DNA of 63,297 bases, the filler included, from Rhabdomonas costata (taxonomy: Eukaryota), in NCBI GenBank assembly GCA_019059605.1. It is 31 parts of 31 records of this genome, joined end to end, with 100 filler letters (N's around TTAATTAATTAA, not from the genome) between each part and the next. Parts side by side here need not be neighbours in the genome. Positions count along the whole stretch, not along the records: positions 10,235 to 12,181 come from JAHMHO010007091.1; positions 12,282 to 14,227 come from JAHMHO010007092.1; positions 14,328 to 16,274 come from JAHMHO010007093.1; positions 16,375 to 18,321 come from JAHMHO010007094.1; positions 18,422 to 20,367 come from JAHMHO010007095.1; positions 20,468 to 22,414 come from JAHMHO010007096.1; positions 22,515 to 24,461 come from JAHMHO010007097.1; 24 more parts are not named here. One strand, given 5' to 3'. Within the stretch, counting starts at the first letter, position 1, and the number at the start of each line of letters is the position of its first letter. The notes under the pieces are model-generated. The model made no database searches. It saw only the letters and a program-made list of their open reading frames with translations, and was not told the DNA's origin. Below, piece by piece: positions 10,317 through 22,950 of the stretch. Made by a program: the position numbers and the translations under genes.

Positions 10317-13150
10317 GAAGCACACATTCAAGGAAAGAAGGTAAAGGAGAGAAGGAGGAATAGTTCAAAAGCTTGGAAAAGGAAAAGGGAAGAAATATGA
10401 CAATTCACTGGTCCAGGTTTTCGGGTCATATCGGGTAGTTTTTTGGGGAAGGGGGTTTTGGTCCAGCGAAAGGTAGTCTCCCGTAGGATTCCTTTGGGTT
10501 AAGGCAGGACGAAATTTATGGTATTTGATTTCTTGGACATTGGACATTGGAAGGACTGGCAGCGAGAAAAAGGACCAGGAAGAGCCACCGAAACCCGAAC
10601 AAAAGCCGGCAACCGGTTTTCTATTGGGTCCCAGTCGGCAATGCGGTAACACCAGGTAGCGTAGGTAGAGTTCAAAAAGACCCTCACGGCCCCTACGTTT
10701 TGAAATCCGGTTCTATTTTTGCCTTCCTGCCATGTAGGTTCGAATTTACCTGCCAAACACCACCCCCAATTCATACCGGCAAAAACCGGCTAATTAATTT
10801 CAGATCTATGCCTTGCGCGTTTGGGAAAGTGTGGGTTCCAAACGTGATCTATTTGAAAAAGGGCGTCAAGCATCAGGCCAATTGGGCCGCAAATAGCGGG
10901 GCATACGTGTTTTCGGCAAAAGATGGCTTGTTGTGGTTGCGGCGTTTTTTTGCATTTCTTTTCGCGGACCTTTTTTTTTTCGCCGAACGGAAATGCAACG
11001 CGGTGAGCCAGTGTTGTTGGTACGGGCTAAAACTACACGAAAACACCAACCCTAAACTACAAACAACGTTTTAGGAAAGAAAACAGGGTTCTCAAGGTGC
11101 TCATCTCAGCAAACTCTGGCTCAAACTCTCACTTTTGACACGGGCATATGTTCCGCGTGTGTTTTCGCGCCATATGAGACCGCATTTTTTTTTTGCTTCA
11201 TGACCTTATTCACGACACAAACCGTGCATTAGTTATTCCATGTCCGATTTTAAAAACATCGTTTTTGCAAGCGCTGACGCTTGGTACCGATGTACCGTGC
11301 CCGACATAAAACCGCCCGCCAAAAATAATGCACCACAGTATCCACCTCGCACATGCTTATCCTTGAGGGCCAAACGGCAGCCTGCAAGGCTTCCAAAAAT
11401 GGATTTGGTAGATGCTGGGATATACTCGTCAACGCGTAAAGCGCACGTATACAACACGGGGACGTCATCAGGGAAAATTTTCCGGTGATACCATTATTAC
11501 CGCCGCAAAGAAATTTAACTGAAGAGATTGGGACAGAAAGAAGTCAGTGGTATCACGGCACAAAGTGAGACGTCACACGAGAGTATATGCGCACGGGCCA
11601 CCCACTGCCGAGCAGCACAGCCCGTTCGACGTTGGAGGCCCGTCAGACTCGCAAATTGAAGCGAAACCAACCAAACACCGTAAATGCAAAAGCACAAGGC
11701 CCAGAGGCGTACAAACCCAAACCCCCAACTCGAGCAACGCTTACATACACTCGCCGTAGATCAGAACCAACCCGACGGTAGGTAACGTACAACCACATGG
11801 TGGAGAGAGACTGACTGCAACAAGTGAGGGATTTGCAATGGGCACGCAGAGCTGCAAAACGGGAGAAGAGGACAACCCCGAGGCACACTCCACTTGAAGA
11901 CCCGAGGCTGTGCGACACACAAGAAAGTGGGACTGAAGAGTAGTGATCTCAGCTGGAAAAACGACGGCCGGTCGGGTGTCTCTCATTAAGCCTCCGCTTA
12001 CGTCATACTGCCCAGTTTCACAAAAAACACATGGTGCATCGAACCCGCACTGAGAAGCACAGCACAGGCCGGACGCCGAGCAAGAAAGTGAGATTCACAC
12101 CCCCACAGTAACTGAAGCAATGACAGTGAATACACTTTAGGCACAAAGGCCCCCTTTCACACATTGACCAAATAACCACTTNNNNNNNNNNNNNNNNNNN
12201 NNNNNNNNNNNNNNNNNNNNNNNNNTTAATTAATTAANNNNNNNNNNNNNNNNNNNNNNNNNNNNNNNNNNNNNNNNNNNNTGCGTGGGGAAACTCGGAA
12301 GACAGAATTTTGCTTTCACGAATAGCCTGCCGTTTCACCAAGAGATGGAGGGGATGAGCGTTGTTAACAAGGGAAGCACTGATTTTCACGGATACCCATA
12401 GATTCGGAGCCAAATATTTGGTTCGTAACCATTAGGATAATTGTAACTGGGGGTCCCTGTGAGTTGCATTGCAGACTAATTATGCCGCGACGCTCTTCTC
12501 CGCACCTAAGAAAGAGGGAAAGTCACTATTCATTCATCCACAGTAAGTAGCAGGAACAGACAACGCCGCAAAAAAAAGCTTCCGAGGGAGGGGGAGGGGG
12601 GGGCAGAAGTGCTCCCCTTCTTTTGCATTTCATTGAAGCGTGAGGGATGTGGCCACGCCGTGGAGTGAAAAACCACCCCAAAGGAGAGGACCACCCCACC
12701 GGCACAGTGTCTTTTGTTCTGGTCCTACCCTGTTTTGCGCAACGTGCATCGCAAAACTCTGTGATCATTTCCCACATTCTCATACATGTATTTACCGGCT
12801 TTTTCTCACAATTGGCCTTTGTTGCCATGGTCTGCGCTCAAAAGGTGCCATTCCCACACAAACCGCGCCCCAGGTGCATTTTCTGCCTCTTGCTGCCCAT
12901 TTTTAAACAATGTTGGTGTTGGAAGAGGTGGGGGTGGGGGGTTCCATGATATTTGTATACTGCTTCGGGCATGCTTCTGCGCTGTGCATCCAAGACGCCA
13001 CCAATTGAGAATCGCGCTTGCCTGCATTGTCTTGCCTGTGTTTGACTCTCGAGTGGTGTGTTCATGTGTGTGCGAGCACCCGCACATTCAGTGCCCTTTA
13101 CTGATTCGGGTACATAAACCCCGTTGGCCTACATCTGCACATTCTCTTTC

Positions 13151-13732
13151 TCATTTTACCATAATCATCTCGTCGGCTCTCGCTCCCTTGCGCTGCAGGC
13201 CCTCTCGGCAATTCTTCCACCACCAGCCCCAACGGAGCCTCGGAGAGTTGCCGCAGGTGTGCAGGAACTCTTGGGGCAGCACACGGCGCCCATCACAGCC
13301 CGCTGGATGGCTAATGGGGGCACTACGAAAAAGAACCGCACTTCTGGTGTTTTGCTTGCTGAGACAACCTTTGGGATCGCTGTGGCACCTGTTTCTCCTT
13401 TGGACGGCCTCGACGATTGGGGGGATCCTCACAGAGCGAGATCTCTCTGGATGTGGCGCAGTGGGGGTGCCCTTGGTGGACTCGTCTGCACGGTGGGAAT
13501 CGGCGTGGCTGCGGGATGGATGCTGCAGAGGTGGGGAGGGTTGCAGCGGCGGCAGCGAAGGTGAGCGGAACTTCAAGGAACCCTCACCCGAGGCGAGGGA
13601 GACGCTTGCTAGAGAGCAAACCAGCGGTCGCGTGATTCGCCGAGCATCCCAGGAAAAGTCTCGTGCGAGGCTTGTTGTGCATGATTTTCTAGCGGGTTTG
13701 CCAAGTTCACGAAGGGAGTCGTTCCTCCAAGT
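13151..13732 (-). CDS. Possible exon of a low-complexity hypothetical protein
   Basis: About 190 open codons after a cag acceptor (TWRNDSLRELGKP...SLPPLQPSPP...RIPPIVEAV); no recognisable domain. The exact antisense frame is also open, so the strand is uncertain. Confidence 0.3.
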   Translation of the reverse strand, partial: TWRNDSLRELGKPARKSCTTSLARDFSWDARRITRPLVCSLASVSLASGEGSLKFRSPSLPPLQPSPPLQHPSRSHADSHRADESTKGTPTAPHPERSRSVRIPPIVEAVQRRNRCHSDPKGCLSKQNTRSAVLFRSAPISHPAGCDGRRVLPQEFLHTCGNSPRLRWGWWWKNCREGLQRKGARADEMIMVK

Positions 13733-14327
13733 CTGAGCCTGCCGAAATGTGAAGGGTTTTCGACCAGTCCAGTGCCAACGTTAACCGTTATAACTACCTG
13801 AGAGGCAACTTGTTTTGCGCTGCACATGTTTACTGACATCAGTCTGTTCCATTGTTATAAACAGAACATTATGTTCTAGGAGCTCGTCGTGGATGGTGTT
13901 GATTGATCAGTGGTTTGATAACGAAACAGCATTGTTGTGAGTCCGCCATGGCGTTTGCAACCCAAAATCAAACGTTGAAGGTACAACGTCTGATCTGCCA
14001 TTCAGATGTCTTCGTCCCAGCCCGTCAATGGCCATGCCGTGACGTGCAGTGCATTTTTGGCCTTTTGTGGGCTGGATTATAACAGCAAGTCTGCGGGTCA
14101 GCAGATAAATTCCTGTTCTCACACTAGATTTCAGCCTTTCCTCGTTTACGCGAAGTTTAAATTCTTTTCTATGTGGAAGTTGATCTCTCCTACCATTCAT
14201 GCGCGCGTTCAAGTAGGCAAAAACAACNNNNNNNNNNNNNNNNNNNNNNNNNNNNNNNNNNNNNNNNNNNNTTAATTAATTAANNNNNNNNNNNNNNNNN
14301 NNNNNNNNNNNNNNNNNNNNNNNNNNN

Positions 14328-14437
14328 TTGTTGGGGGGTTGGATGAACAGGGTGGTCTTCTTGCGCAGACCCGAGGTGCCGGGCTTCTGGCCATCGTAAA
14401 CCTTGGTCTGCACCACCTTCACCGCGGGCTCGGCCAT
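14328..14437 (-). CDS. PGM: Phosphoglucomutase, N-terminus
   Basis: MAEPAVKVVQTKVYDGQKPGTSGLRKK contains the PGM1 signature QKPGTSGLRK. It is preceded by a pyrimidine tract and ccag| 8 nt before the ATG, and truncated by the contig end. Confidence 0.93.
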
Positions 14438-15698
14438 TTTAGTTTCTGGAAATGGGCAACTGTAAAAGGGCCTTAGAACAAAAGGAGCCACCGAAAGAAA
14501 CAGCAACGATGGCCCTGCATCAGACGCTGGCGTTTCCTTGGGTGAAAATGAGTGGTGGAGAGGGAGGTTGGGTCCCTCCAAAGCCGAATCCTTGACGAGG
14601 ATACCGTCTCAGCTAAGGGAGAGAGAGGCTTTTCGGCTCGTAGGGGCTGTGTGGTGAGCAGCACGGGCTACGGGTTGCAGTCTCTGGTGGTCCTCCTATG
14701 GAATAGGGGAAGCGCGCAGCTACTAGGCTTACTCGTTGTTTGACCACTGAGAGCTGCATCCTCCTCCGCCCCAATCTCAGTGGAAGGGTGCCAGCACGGG
14801 AGGATCCCCTCCGATGGGCGCTGGACAGCTTCGGGTCGACTCCCGTCTGTATGTTTTGAGAGGAAAGAAAAGGGAAGGGAACACCGTTAGCCAACTTCCT
14901 GGTTGTCGTCATCCTGCTGAAGTCTGTGTTTAGCTCAAGCTCAAGGACTGGCTGACAATAGGCCTCTGCAAAAGAACCAAACACCTTGATGTCGACCCCA
15001 GGGCGTATTCCGCTCTATAAGACCACCAGAATATCAGGACACCATTGCCAACGGGTGGTTATCAACATGTTCGAAATGTTCGAAATGGAGCAAATTTCGA
15101 AAAGAATAGGTGGTAATAGAAGATTGGCCGCCGAGATTTAACAGATCTCTTCACAGCTTGGCAACAATTCTCAAAAAGGTGCCAAGCAACTGTATTACAC
15201 TCTTGCATAGATAAAGTTAAGAAAGGCCTTCTGACCGCAGCAACTAAGTCCCCCCGCATTTGATGGGTGGGCTCGCTCCCCTATTTAATACCACGAGTTC
15301 TCTTGAAACCACTGCAGAGGATGGAATTCCTTGCAAATCCATCTCACCCCACAGCGGCGATAAATCAAAAGCTGCAAAACTTCCGTGCAGTCTTTGGTAC
15401 ACCTGGGCACCGGGAGTGGCTTTCTTCACCTTCCGATGAGATTGTCACAAACTGAGGGCACCACGCTGGCACGCGCAGACACACCCACACACGATTGAAG
15501 AACTTTTACTTTGTTGTCAAAGGTCTGAAGTGGCTTCATCGAGTCCTCGCGAGTGCACCGTTGCATGAAGAATGCTAAAAGTGTTGCGCAAACCTCGCAG
15601 TCTCCCATAGAAACACACACCCATCCCGACCCTACAGAAACTAGCGACCGTTACAAATAAGTGTTCCTTCCTCAAGGGGGAAGCACCGAAGTACGAAC

Positions 15699-16004
15699 AG
15701 AGCCGCTGGTGCACCCCGTGGCCAGCAGGTCACCCCACACTGCGCAGCACTTCAGCGCCGAGTCGTGTCGAAGCGTTATCAGCTCAGCAGCGGAAGAGCC
15801 GCCGCCGCCGCGAGCCCCAGAACGTAGCTCCCACACTTTGGCCGTGCGGTCGTAGCTCGCGGTGACCACACGGCGGCCTGGCAGAGGAAAGTCAGCAAAA
15901 ACGGCCTGGGTGACGGCGTGGGTGTGCCCAGGAAGCGTCAGCTCAGTTATCCCAGAACGGAGGTCCCATAGCCTCGCAGATTCGTCAGAGGAGGCTGTCA
16001 GAAC
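15699..16004 (-). CDS. WD40-repeat protein exon
   Basis: VLTASSDESARLWDL...GHTHAVTQAVF...VVTASYDRTAKVWEL...LLATGC; ttcag| acceptor. Confidence 0.88.
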
Positions 16005-16374
16005 CTGAACAAAAACCAGCACTACCAGCACAAAGGAGGGCAAACAAAACACGATCAAACCTCTGATAAAGAAACCCAACCCAAGCCGAAAATCGCGGCC
16101 GCAACAGCCGTTGTTGGAGCATATCTGCAGCGCATACCGGGTGCCCCAAAACTTTCTGGAACGACTGGCTTCCCGAATCCTCCGCAGCAATGTGTGCTGA
16201 ACGAGAGAACGCCTCCGCCCGAGAACACGAATAAATCCCTCTGTGCGGCAACCATACTGTTCTCACCCACAACANNNNNNNNNNNNNNNNNNNNNNNNNN
16301 NNNNNNNNNNNNNNNNNNTTAATTAATTAANNNNNNNNNNNNNNNNNNNNNNNNNNNNNNNNNNNNNNNNNNNN

Positions 16375-16481
16375 GTACGGACGGGCCGTCCTCCGAAGGT
16401 TCCTCCTCAGAGTTTGGGACATTTCAAAGTTTTTAAACCAATGCTTTGTGGAGGCACCTTCGGAGGACGTCCCGTCCGTAC
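16375..16481. repeat. Imperfect ~44-bp inverted repeat
   Basis: GTACGGACGGGCCGTCCTCCGAAGGTTCCTCCTCAGAG... against the reverse complement of the right arm, GTACGGACGGGACGTCCTCCGAAGGTGCCTCCACAAAG...; several mismatches. Confidence 0.85.
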
Positions 16482-17471
16482 TCCGCGACACAATAGCTTT
16501 TCTGGATAAGAGTTTTTATATAAATATTTGACAGTTTTCCGGTCCAGATCTCTGTAATAGATCACCGTGCATCGGAATGTGTCCTTCTTGTTACGCAAGA
16601 GTACACTTGATCCAAATTGTCTGATAAATTCTACGAACTCATCAAGCTTTTTCCGAACGTGTGACTTTCGGCATGTATGCGCCAGGTTATGTGTCAATTA
16701 AGTGCTAGGTGGTCATTGCAGTGGAAATTACAGTGGGGATGTTTTCCGTGAAAAATTGCGGAAATCATCGATTAATTGACTGACACTCACCAGTAACACA
16801 CTGAGTGTGGTCAACATTACTGTTTGTTGCTTGAGGTCACTCAGAATCTTTCCAGCAATTGCGGGACGTCTGATGTACAACATTTGTCTGTTCATCTTGG
16901 TAACGTCGACTATGTCAACTCCTTCTTAACCAAGCTAATTGATCAGATGGGCCACGACGTTAGCCAATGGTACGTCCAGTACAGTGTTTATGTTTTTTGA
17001 CTTATGGTTCCGCATCAACAGCAATGTCCAGCGTGAGGCTCTGGCTGTTCGACACAATGTAGATTGTCCGCAGGAGTTTACAACACACTAGAATAAGTTT
17101 TGCGCAAGACGACAGTGCCCAAAGTGTGTAACGCTGTCCCTGTAGATGCATTGTCGCCAGGAGGTTTGACCAATTGGCTTGAACTCGGAAATACCAAAGG
17201 AATGGATAACAGAGAATCATCTGTATCACTTTCAATGCAATCAGAATTCCAGGATCGCCGACTTGAATGACAAATAGAAAGTACGTATCCACAGGCACCA
17301 AGCTTCATTCCACCTGCCAACTAGGCACAATGCTTGGCTCCATGTCCAATTCAGTTCTTGTGGATAAAAACCACTGCTGTGTGGGCCTTGATTCGACATT
17401 AGTTGCGCAAACCACGTAATTTGGTCCTCAATAGGCTTTCGGTGGTGTAAGAATTTATGGATGCCTGTGGT

Positions 17472-17846
17472 AATCAGTATCCGCTGCCGGACTCGTTCCA
17501 CATTATTTAAGTCGGTTAATTGTCATGTAGTGCTTATGCGAGGAAAATGTCGAGCTAATTGGCTAAATGCTCGATAAATTGACAAGTACCGGTGTTTCTT
17601 AAATATGTACCTATCTAGAAGGTTTAATCAAATTCAAGTCAAAACTGGATATGATTTCCAAACAAAATTATGTTCCTTCAAGTGGAAAGTGGTGCCATTT
17701 GTTCTGACCAATGCACCCGCGCTTTCCAGAAAACAATGGATTTTGCTTTCTTCTACATAAACGACTTCATCATTCATCATTTACGTAGACGGCATCTTCG
17801 TTTATCAGAGACACTCGAACAACACCTGGACCACATCCGCAACCCA
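17472..17846 (+). mobile_element. Decayed Ty3/Gypsy LTR-retrotransposon reverse transcriptase
   Basis: Frameshifted motifs occur in the correct order: NQYPLP; MLDKL; FLNMYLSRRFNQIQV (compare FSKLDLxSGFHQI); FKWKVVPFVLTNAPA-FQKTMD (compare YEWxVMPFGLTNAPATFQ); IYVDGIFVY at 17782-17793 (YxDD decayed to YVDG); SETLEQHLDHIR. Confidence 0.85.
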
Positions 17847-18467
17847 CTTTGTGTCAAAAAAACACTGTTCTTTACCCGTTTTTTTTTTCCGCGTTCCCAC
17901 TTAAGTCTTCTTGCTGTTTGTATTTCGTTCTTTTTTTGTTTACTGCATCATGTTTTCCTTGTTAGAGATTCTCTGTTCCACGTGTATTAAAACATATCGA
18001 TAATGAGAGCATGCAGTTGCTTCCTTTCGTGACTACTGTTTGCCCGCATTTTCATTTCCACTCGCGCACAATGCATTGGGATGTATGTGCTGGTTATCTT
18101 GTAGAGTGATGCTGTAGAACAGGAACGATGGCGGAGAGAATTCCACATTTCACATTTTTTCTCCCAGTAGACTCAAAACACATGAGAGGTGTGAGGAACG
18201 AGATATCCTTCAAGCGCTAAGTTTTGGAGAGAACTGGGTATGACCTGGACTCGAGACAAACCTCAGTAAAAAATGTAAATTACCTCCCATTTTCTCTTCT
18301 ATCAAAGAGAGCGTCACATTTNNNNNNNNNNNNNNNNNNNNNNNNNNNNNNNNNNNNNNNNNNNNTTAATTAATTAANNNNNNNNNNNNNNNNNNNNNNN
18401 NNNNNNNNNNNNNNNNNNNNNGGGCAGTCCACCCCTCAGCTCAACCCAATGGAGCAGGCATCATTAC

Positions 18468-20062
18468 CTCGCGACATCATTTGGAGGGCTCCAGACTGCC
18501 CCCCGGCCACGACGCGGCAGTCCTTCTTGCTGCCATAGTCCGGGTCCAGCGCGACCCCGCAGATGGGCTTCTGGAAGGTGTGCACCGTGACGGACTCAGG
18601 GTCACTCTCATACAAGGCCGTGATGGTCACTCGGCCTGCGGAGGCCAAAAGAAAATCGGCACGTGGTGTTGCCCTGGACAACCTCCTCCGCGGGACATCC
18701 CGGGATGGTGACTGCTTAGGTTGTACTGTGTGTGCTTTTCAATAGCTGGATAACTATGCAGTATGATCCAGCAGTTGCACTATGCTCCATTCTATTCAAG
18801 AAGCATATATTCAATGGGACACCCTGTACCCAGCATGTGCCTTGTGCCTAATGTGGGATCCGCGGGAAGGGCGGAGATTCCTGTCTTGTTGTTTGGTGAA
18901 CCAGACAGTATCTTTTTAACTTTCTTAACCCCCCCCCACACAAAAAAACGAGGGGATACGAATCAGAAGAGCCATCTCGAACTGCTGTGGGAGGTCTGGG
19001 AGTCTGTAGGTGGTGCAGCGCGCAGCGGGTTTGGCTGCTGCGGGGCTGTTATCAGGTTTTTCTTCCTACAGAGGCCTGCCGGTCGACTCGGTGCCACGGG
19101 TGCCTGGTTATGCACGGCGGAGTGGGGCGCGTTCTGCCGTTTAACACGTCTAACGCTTCCTAGCCCTAAGTGCACCACTTTCTGCATCGTGCTTCGTCAC
19201 CTTACCCCGTGCAATACTTTTGTTGGGTCAGGTGGGATGCCTCACCCCAGCGTCTAACTTCCCTTGAACACCCACTAGACAGGCGCCCACGCACAGATCT
19301 GCGCCCTCGAGGGTGCCGGCTCGCTGACTTGCTGATTTTCTTGGGGATCCAAGCTCGGCACAATCACGGTTGGCAGGCAATGCAAGTTCTCTATACCCTT
19401 TATACCAACAGTGTTTCGCAGAGTTGTTCGCGCCATTGTGAGCAACTGAGTGGATCGAACATCCCCGAACAATCAAGAGACTCACCGCACTCACCGCAAA
19501 ACCAGCAACAGGTGGTTGGCGAAAGCAGCCCCTGTGTGCCAAAAGCACATGCAATGAACCGTCCTTGGAGCAAGCCGCCACGTGCTCACATGCCAGGTCC
19601 ATGTCCACACAGTTGACGATGTCGCGATGGAGGGGAAACCTGAATGCCGGGAAGGAAGCTGCCTTGAAGCCTGCAAAACCTCAATTGCAAATATAACACT
19701 CTAGGGGGCAGTTTGAGACAACGGACCACACCAACGCTGCACAATAATGCCGTCTTGCTTTCTGGATGGAGGAACTGAACAAAATAGGAGAGGTGGGCAA
19801 GAAACACGGGAATAGGAGGGAAAGAGAAAGAAAAAAAAAAGGGATTGCAATCGCAGCACTGGAGGTCGTTCCGCGCAGGAACGATAGGAAAAAGAAACGG
19901 TGTGCAAAAGAAAGAGAAGATAAAGAAAGAAAGATTTGGGAGAGGCAAAACGACATTATTCCTCCTTCATTGGAAAGCCACACCACAAAGAGCATACTCG
20001 AAGGTTTGGTGTCCGTACACATTGTCCAGGATAAGCACGCGGCCTCGGCGGGTGCCCAGAAC
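18468..20062 (-). CDS. VPS41: Vacuolar protein sorting 41 (HOPS) N-terminal WD40 region, partial (3 exons)
   Basis: Exons 20062-19998, 19639-19560 and 18635-18468 (GT-AG) give VLGTRRGRVLILDNVYGHQTFEFPLHRDIVNCVDMDLACEHVAACSKDGRVTITALY...PICGVALDPDY...VVAGGQSGAL, matching the Vps41 N-terminus. Confidence 0.85.
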
Positions 20063-21851
20063 CTTCACAATAGGCAAACGATAAACCTTAATGCATCGTA
20101 AATTCTAGCCACAAGCGGTTGTCTTCTGACATTGGATCCGCATCCCAACGATGGTGTGCCTAATGGATGGACCCATTTGATGAGAGGGGTTGCGAAGGTG
20201 GGTGCCAAATGGCAAACGGAAAAGAATTGCTCCTAACGGACATGCACCCCCCGAAAACGTTACCGCAACAAATGAAAACAAAAGCGTGTATGCAGTGCAG
20301 GAGCATCGAAATGGTCCTCGGAGCTCGCAGGCGCATGTCTCCTTTTCGCCTGCATCACCCCCACACCNNNNNNNNNNNNNNNNNNNNNNNNNNNNNNNNN
20401 NNNNNNNNNNNTTAATTAATTAANNNNNNNNNNNNNNNNNNNNNNNNNNNNNNNNNNNNNNNNNNNNGTGCCCGGGGCCAGAGGGGTAGGGAGAGTAGGG
20501 GGGAAGAGCGACTCGGGGGTGCAGGAGAGGCCCCCAGAAGTGGGGTACCCAGAGAACATTTTCTTTTGTGCACAGGCGCCGACGGACGCAGTGGGACGGA
20601 GCCCCCCACGGGGGTCACAAAGGGAAGAGCACGAAGAGTGCAACACAGTACCTGCAGGAGAGGGAAACGCCATGGCGTGATCAAAGCTCTTTGAAATAGC
20701 GCTCTATGAAGTGTTTACTCTGCCAACCTCGGCAACGGTAAAAGCACCATATCGTTGAGCTCTCGATGATGTTGAGAAAAGGACACGGGCGGGCTCCGGT
20801 CTGTGGTAGTAACACCCACCACGGGTCGCAACAACGCCATAAGATCCATCATAGAACTTCTTTGATGTGTCCAACGCATTTCTTTTCACAAGTCAGGTAG
20901 TCGCACAAATGGTGAGGAACGGGAAATGTGATACAGCGTCAGAAACCACTTATCGTACATCACGAAAGCAAAAAAAATGCAAACTGAGACCAAACCGAAC
21001 AGAGCCAGGTGCAGTATTCACCTCGCAAGTGCACAGCTTGGAACGGAAGGTGGGGGCAACGCCAGAGAGGAGGGAAAATATGCTTTTCCATAGAGCAGCC
21101 TTTATTTACAAAAAAAACCACAATACACAGCGCTTGCAAAGAAACAGCATGTCCCTACCCCCCATCTGGGAAGAAGTGGACATGCTGAAAGGTCAGACAC
21201 ACGGACAAGATAGACAACGGACTTGAGGCTCTGCCGCACACTGCAGTTACATCCGAAGGATTCCAGCACCACCATCTGCGTGCATTTGTGCATGAGTATA
21301 ACAGCCATAGCACCCTACCTGTTTCCAGGCGAGCACCATTCAGAGCAAACGAATAGAAACAAACAAACCTGACTGAACCAAATCGAATCCCGCTTTTCGC
21401 CAGCGCAACAAGGTTTGCAAAAGTTGCTTTTTGCATTTGACCGGCCCCCCAGGCGCTGAAAAACGAATCATTCCTGCCCACTCCGGAACGAACGATATAC
21501 TGCACTCCTGGAAACTGTAGTCAACTGTGTTGAGCAGCCCATTCCGAAAGAAAACGCTTAGTTGTTAGCTTGCAAGGTCGAAGCGTGTACCCCGGCCCTA
21601 GATTTTGCGGTCATGTCGAAAATACCTTACATCGGTAAAGAAAAAAGAAAGAACCTTTACAAGACATCGAGAAGCAGCCACAGACTGGTAAACTGCCATT
21701 AAGCGCAGGGGTACTACCATCCCACCAAACAGGCCTCCCCTGTGCAGTATCCATCCACAAAATCTATAGAGTTTACAACCATAGGGGAAAGGGCTTACCC
21801 CGCACTGAAATAAAAAGGGAACGTATAGCGTGGGGTGGGGATGGCATCCAC

Positions 21852-22116
21852 CAGGGGCTGTGTCATCGAACTCCTCTGCTGGGGCAGCTCCTCCCATGGG
21901 CTTCCGCAAGGCAGTCGCCAACAGGTCACTGGTGGCGCTGTACGTGCTGAGCATACCCGAGAAGTCCCACCGCTGTGACGCCGACGGGGTGGAGGACGCG
22001 CTGGTGGCTCCTGCCACCCTGGAGCCAGCCTGAGACCGGACAGGCCCTGCAGTGCCGCGAGAGCCGCTTTTGCTCAGCTCCAACTCCAGAGCAGCCGCAG
22101 CTGCAGCCGCATCGGC
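21852..22116 (-). CDS. Hypothetical protein exon
   Basis: GC-rich open stretch ADAAAAAAALELELSKS...WDFSGMLSTYSATSDLLATALRKP...EEFDDTAP, bounded by aag| and |gtggat. Confidence 0.4.
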
Positions 22117-22950
22117 CTTTGGATTTGGACGAAGTAACCACGATGGACCTCACAAGGCGTTGTCGTAGAAACACCAAATGCAGTTCCCGCTAAGTTGCAA
22201 GCTGCAAGCTCAAAATGGCAAAATGGCCACTTATGAATAACTGCTGAGCACGACACAGTGAGCGACGCTGAGAGAACGAGAGTACACCAGAATCGCCGAG
22301 TCCTGGGAACCAGCACGGCGGCCTTGCGGCTGAGAGAGAAAAATAAGGAAACAAGATAAAAGAACAACCAGACAAAACCAGAAAATATCACAGCAGATAC
22401 GTTCCACCCAACAANNNNNNNNNNNNNNNNNNNNNNNNNNNNNNNNNNNNNNNNNNNNTTAATTAATTAANNNNNNNNNNNNNNNNNNNNNNNNNNNNNN
22501 NNNNNNNNNNNNNNGTGGGGGGGGGTGGCGGATCTCAACCTGTGGTAATAACTATTTTTTGTGTCCCCATTTGTCTTTGAATTACTGTAAATCCGATCCC
22601 ATTCCGATCCGAGGACCTCTTATATTTTTCCGGAGGGGGGGGCGTTAAGCGTTTAGCACCATTTATCAGTGCTGAGCGTTTAGCATTGCTAAACATTCAG
22701 AAGTTTTAAACGATCGCAAAATGCAATTAGAGGAGGTTGACAGAGTTTACCTGAACGCCGCAACATAAATGTGCCTGATTGCGCCACGGACTGGCCTCCG
22801 CACCTAAAATAATCGAATCCCTTCTGTACTGCCATCTCCTGTGAACTGTTCATCGCTCTTGCGTTCTGACCTGAACGTTAGCACTGCTACATTTTCGGTA
22901 GTGGTTTCTCTTAGGGCTTGCATTTGTTTGCCCTGCTCTCCTTGTCGCAG

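Noticed and set aside
8187-12181. Scattered micro-exon candidates in contigs 5 and 6
   Set aside because: Could not be joined into a consistent frame or a recognisable protein.
12786-13736. 316-aa plus-strand ORF
   Set aside because: Cys/Arg/Phe-rich and intron-like in its first half; the second half is the exact antisense of a more plausible minus-strand frame.
17002-17501. Minus-strand ORFs or an alternative genetic code in the AT-rich contig
   Set aside because: Better explained as decayed retroelement sequence. Conserved genes in the window use TAG and TGA as ordinary stops and have no in-frame stops in exons.
19855-19880. Non-canonical microexon (GNDLQ-like) in Vps41
   Set aside because: The upstream exon extends to a canonical GA|gtatgc donor at 19997 and already supplies the aligned residues.
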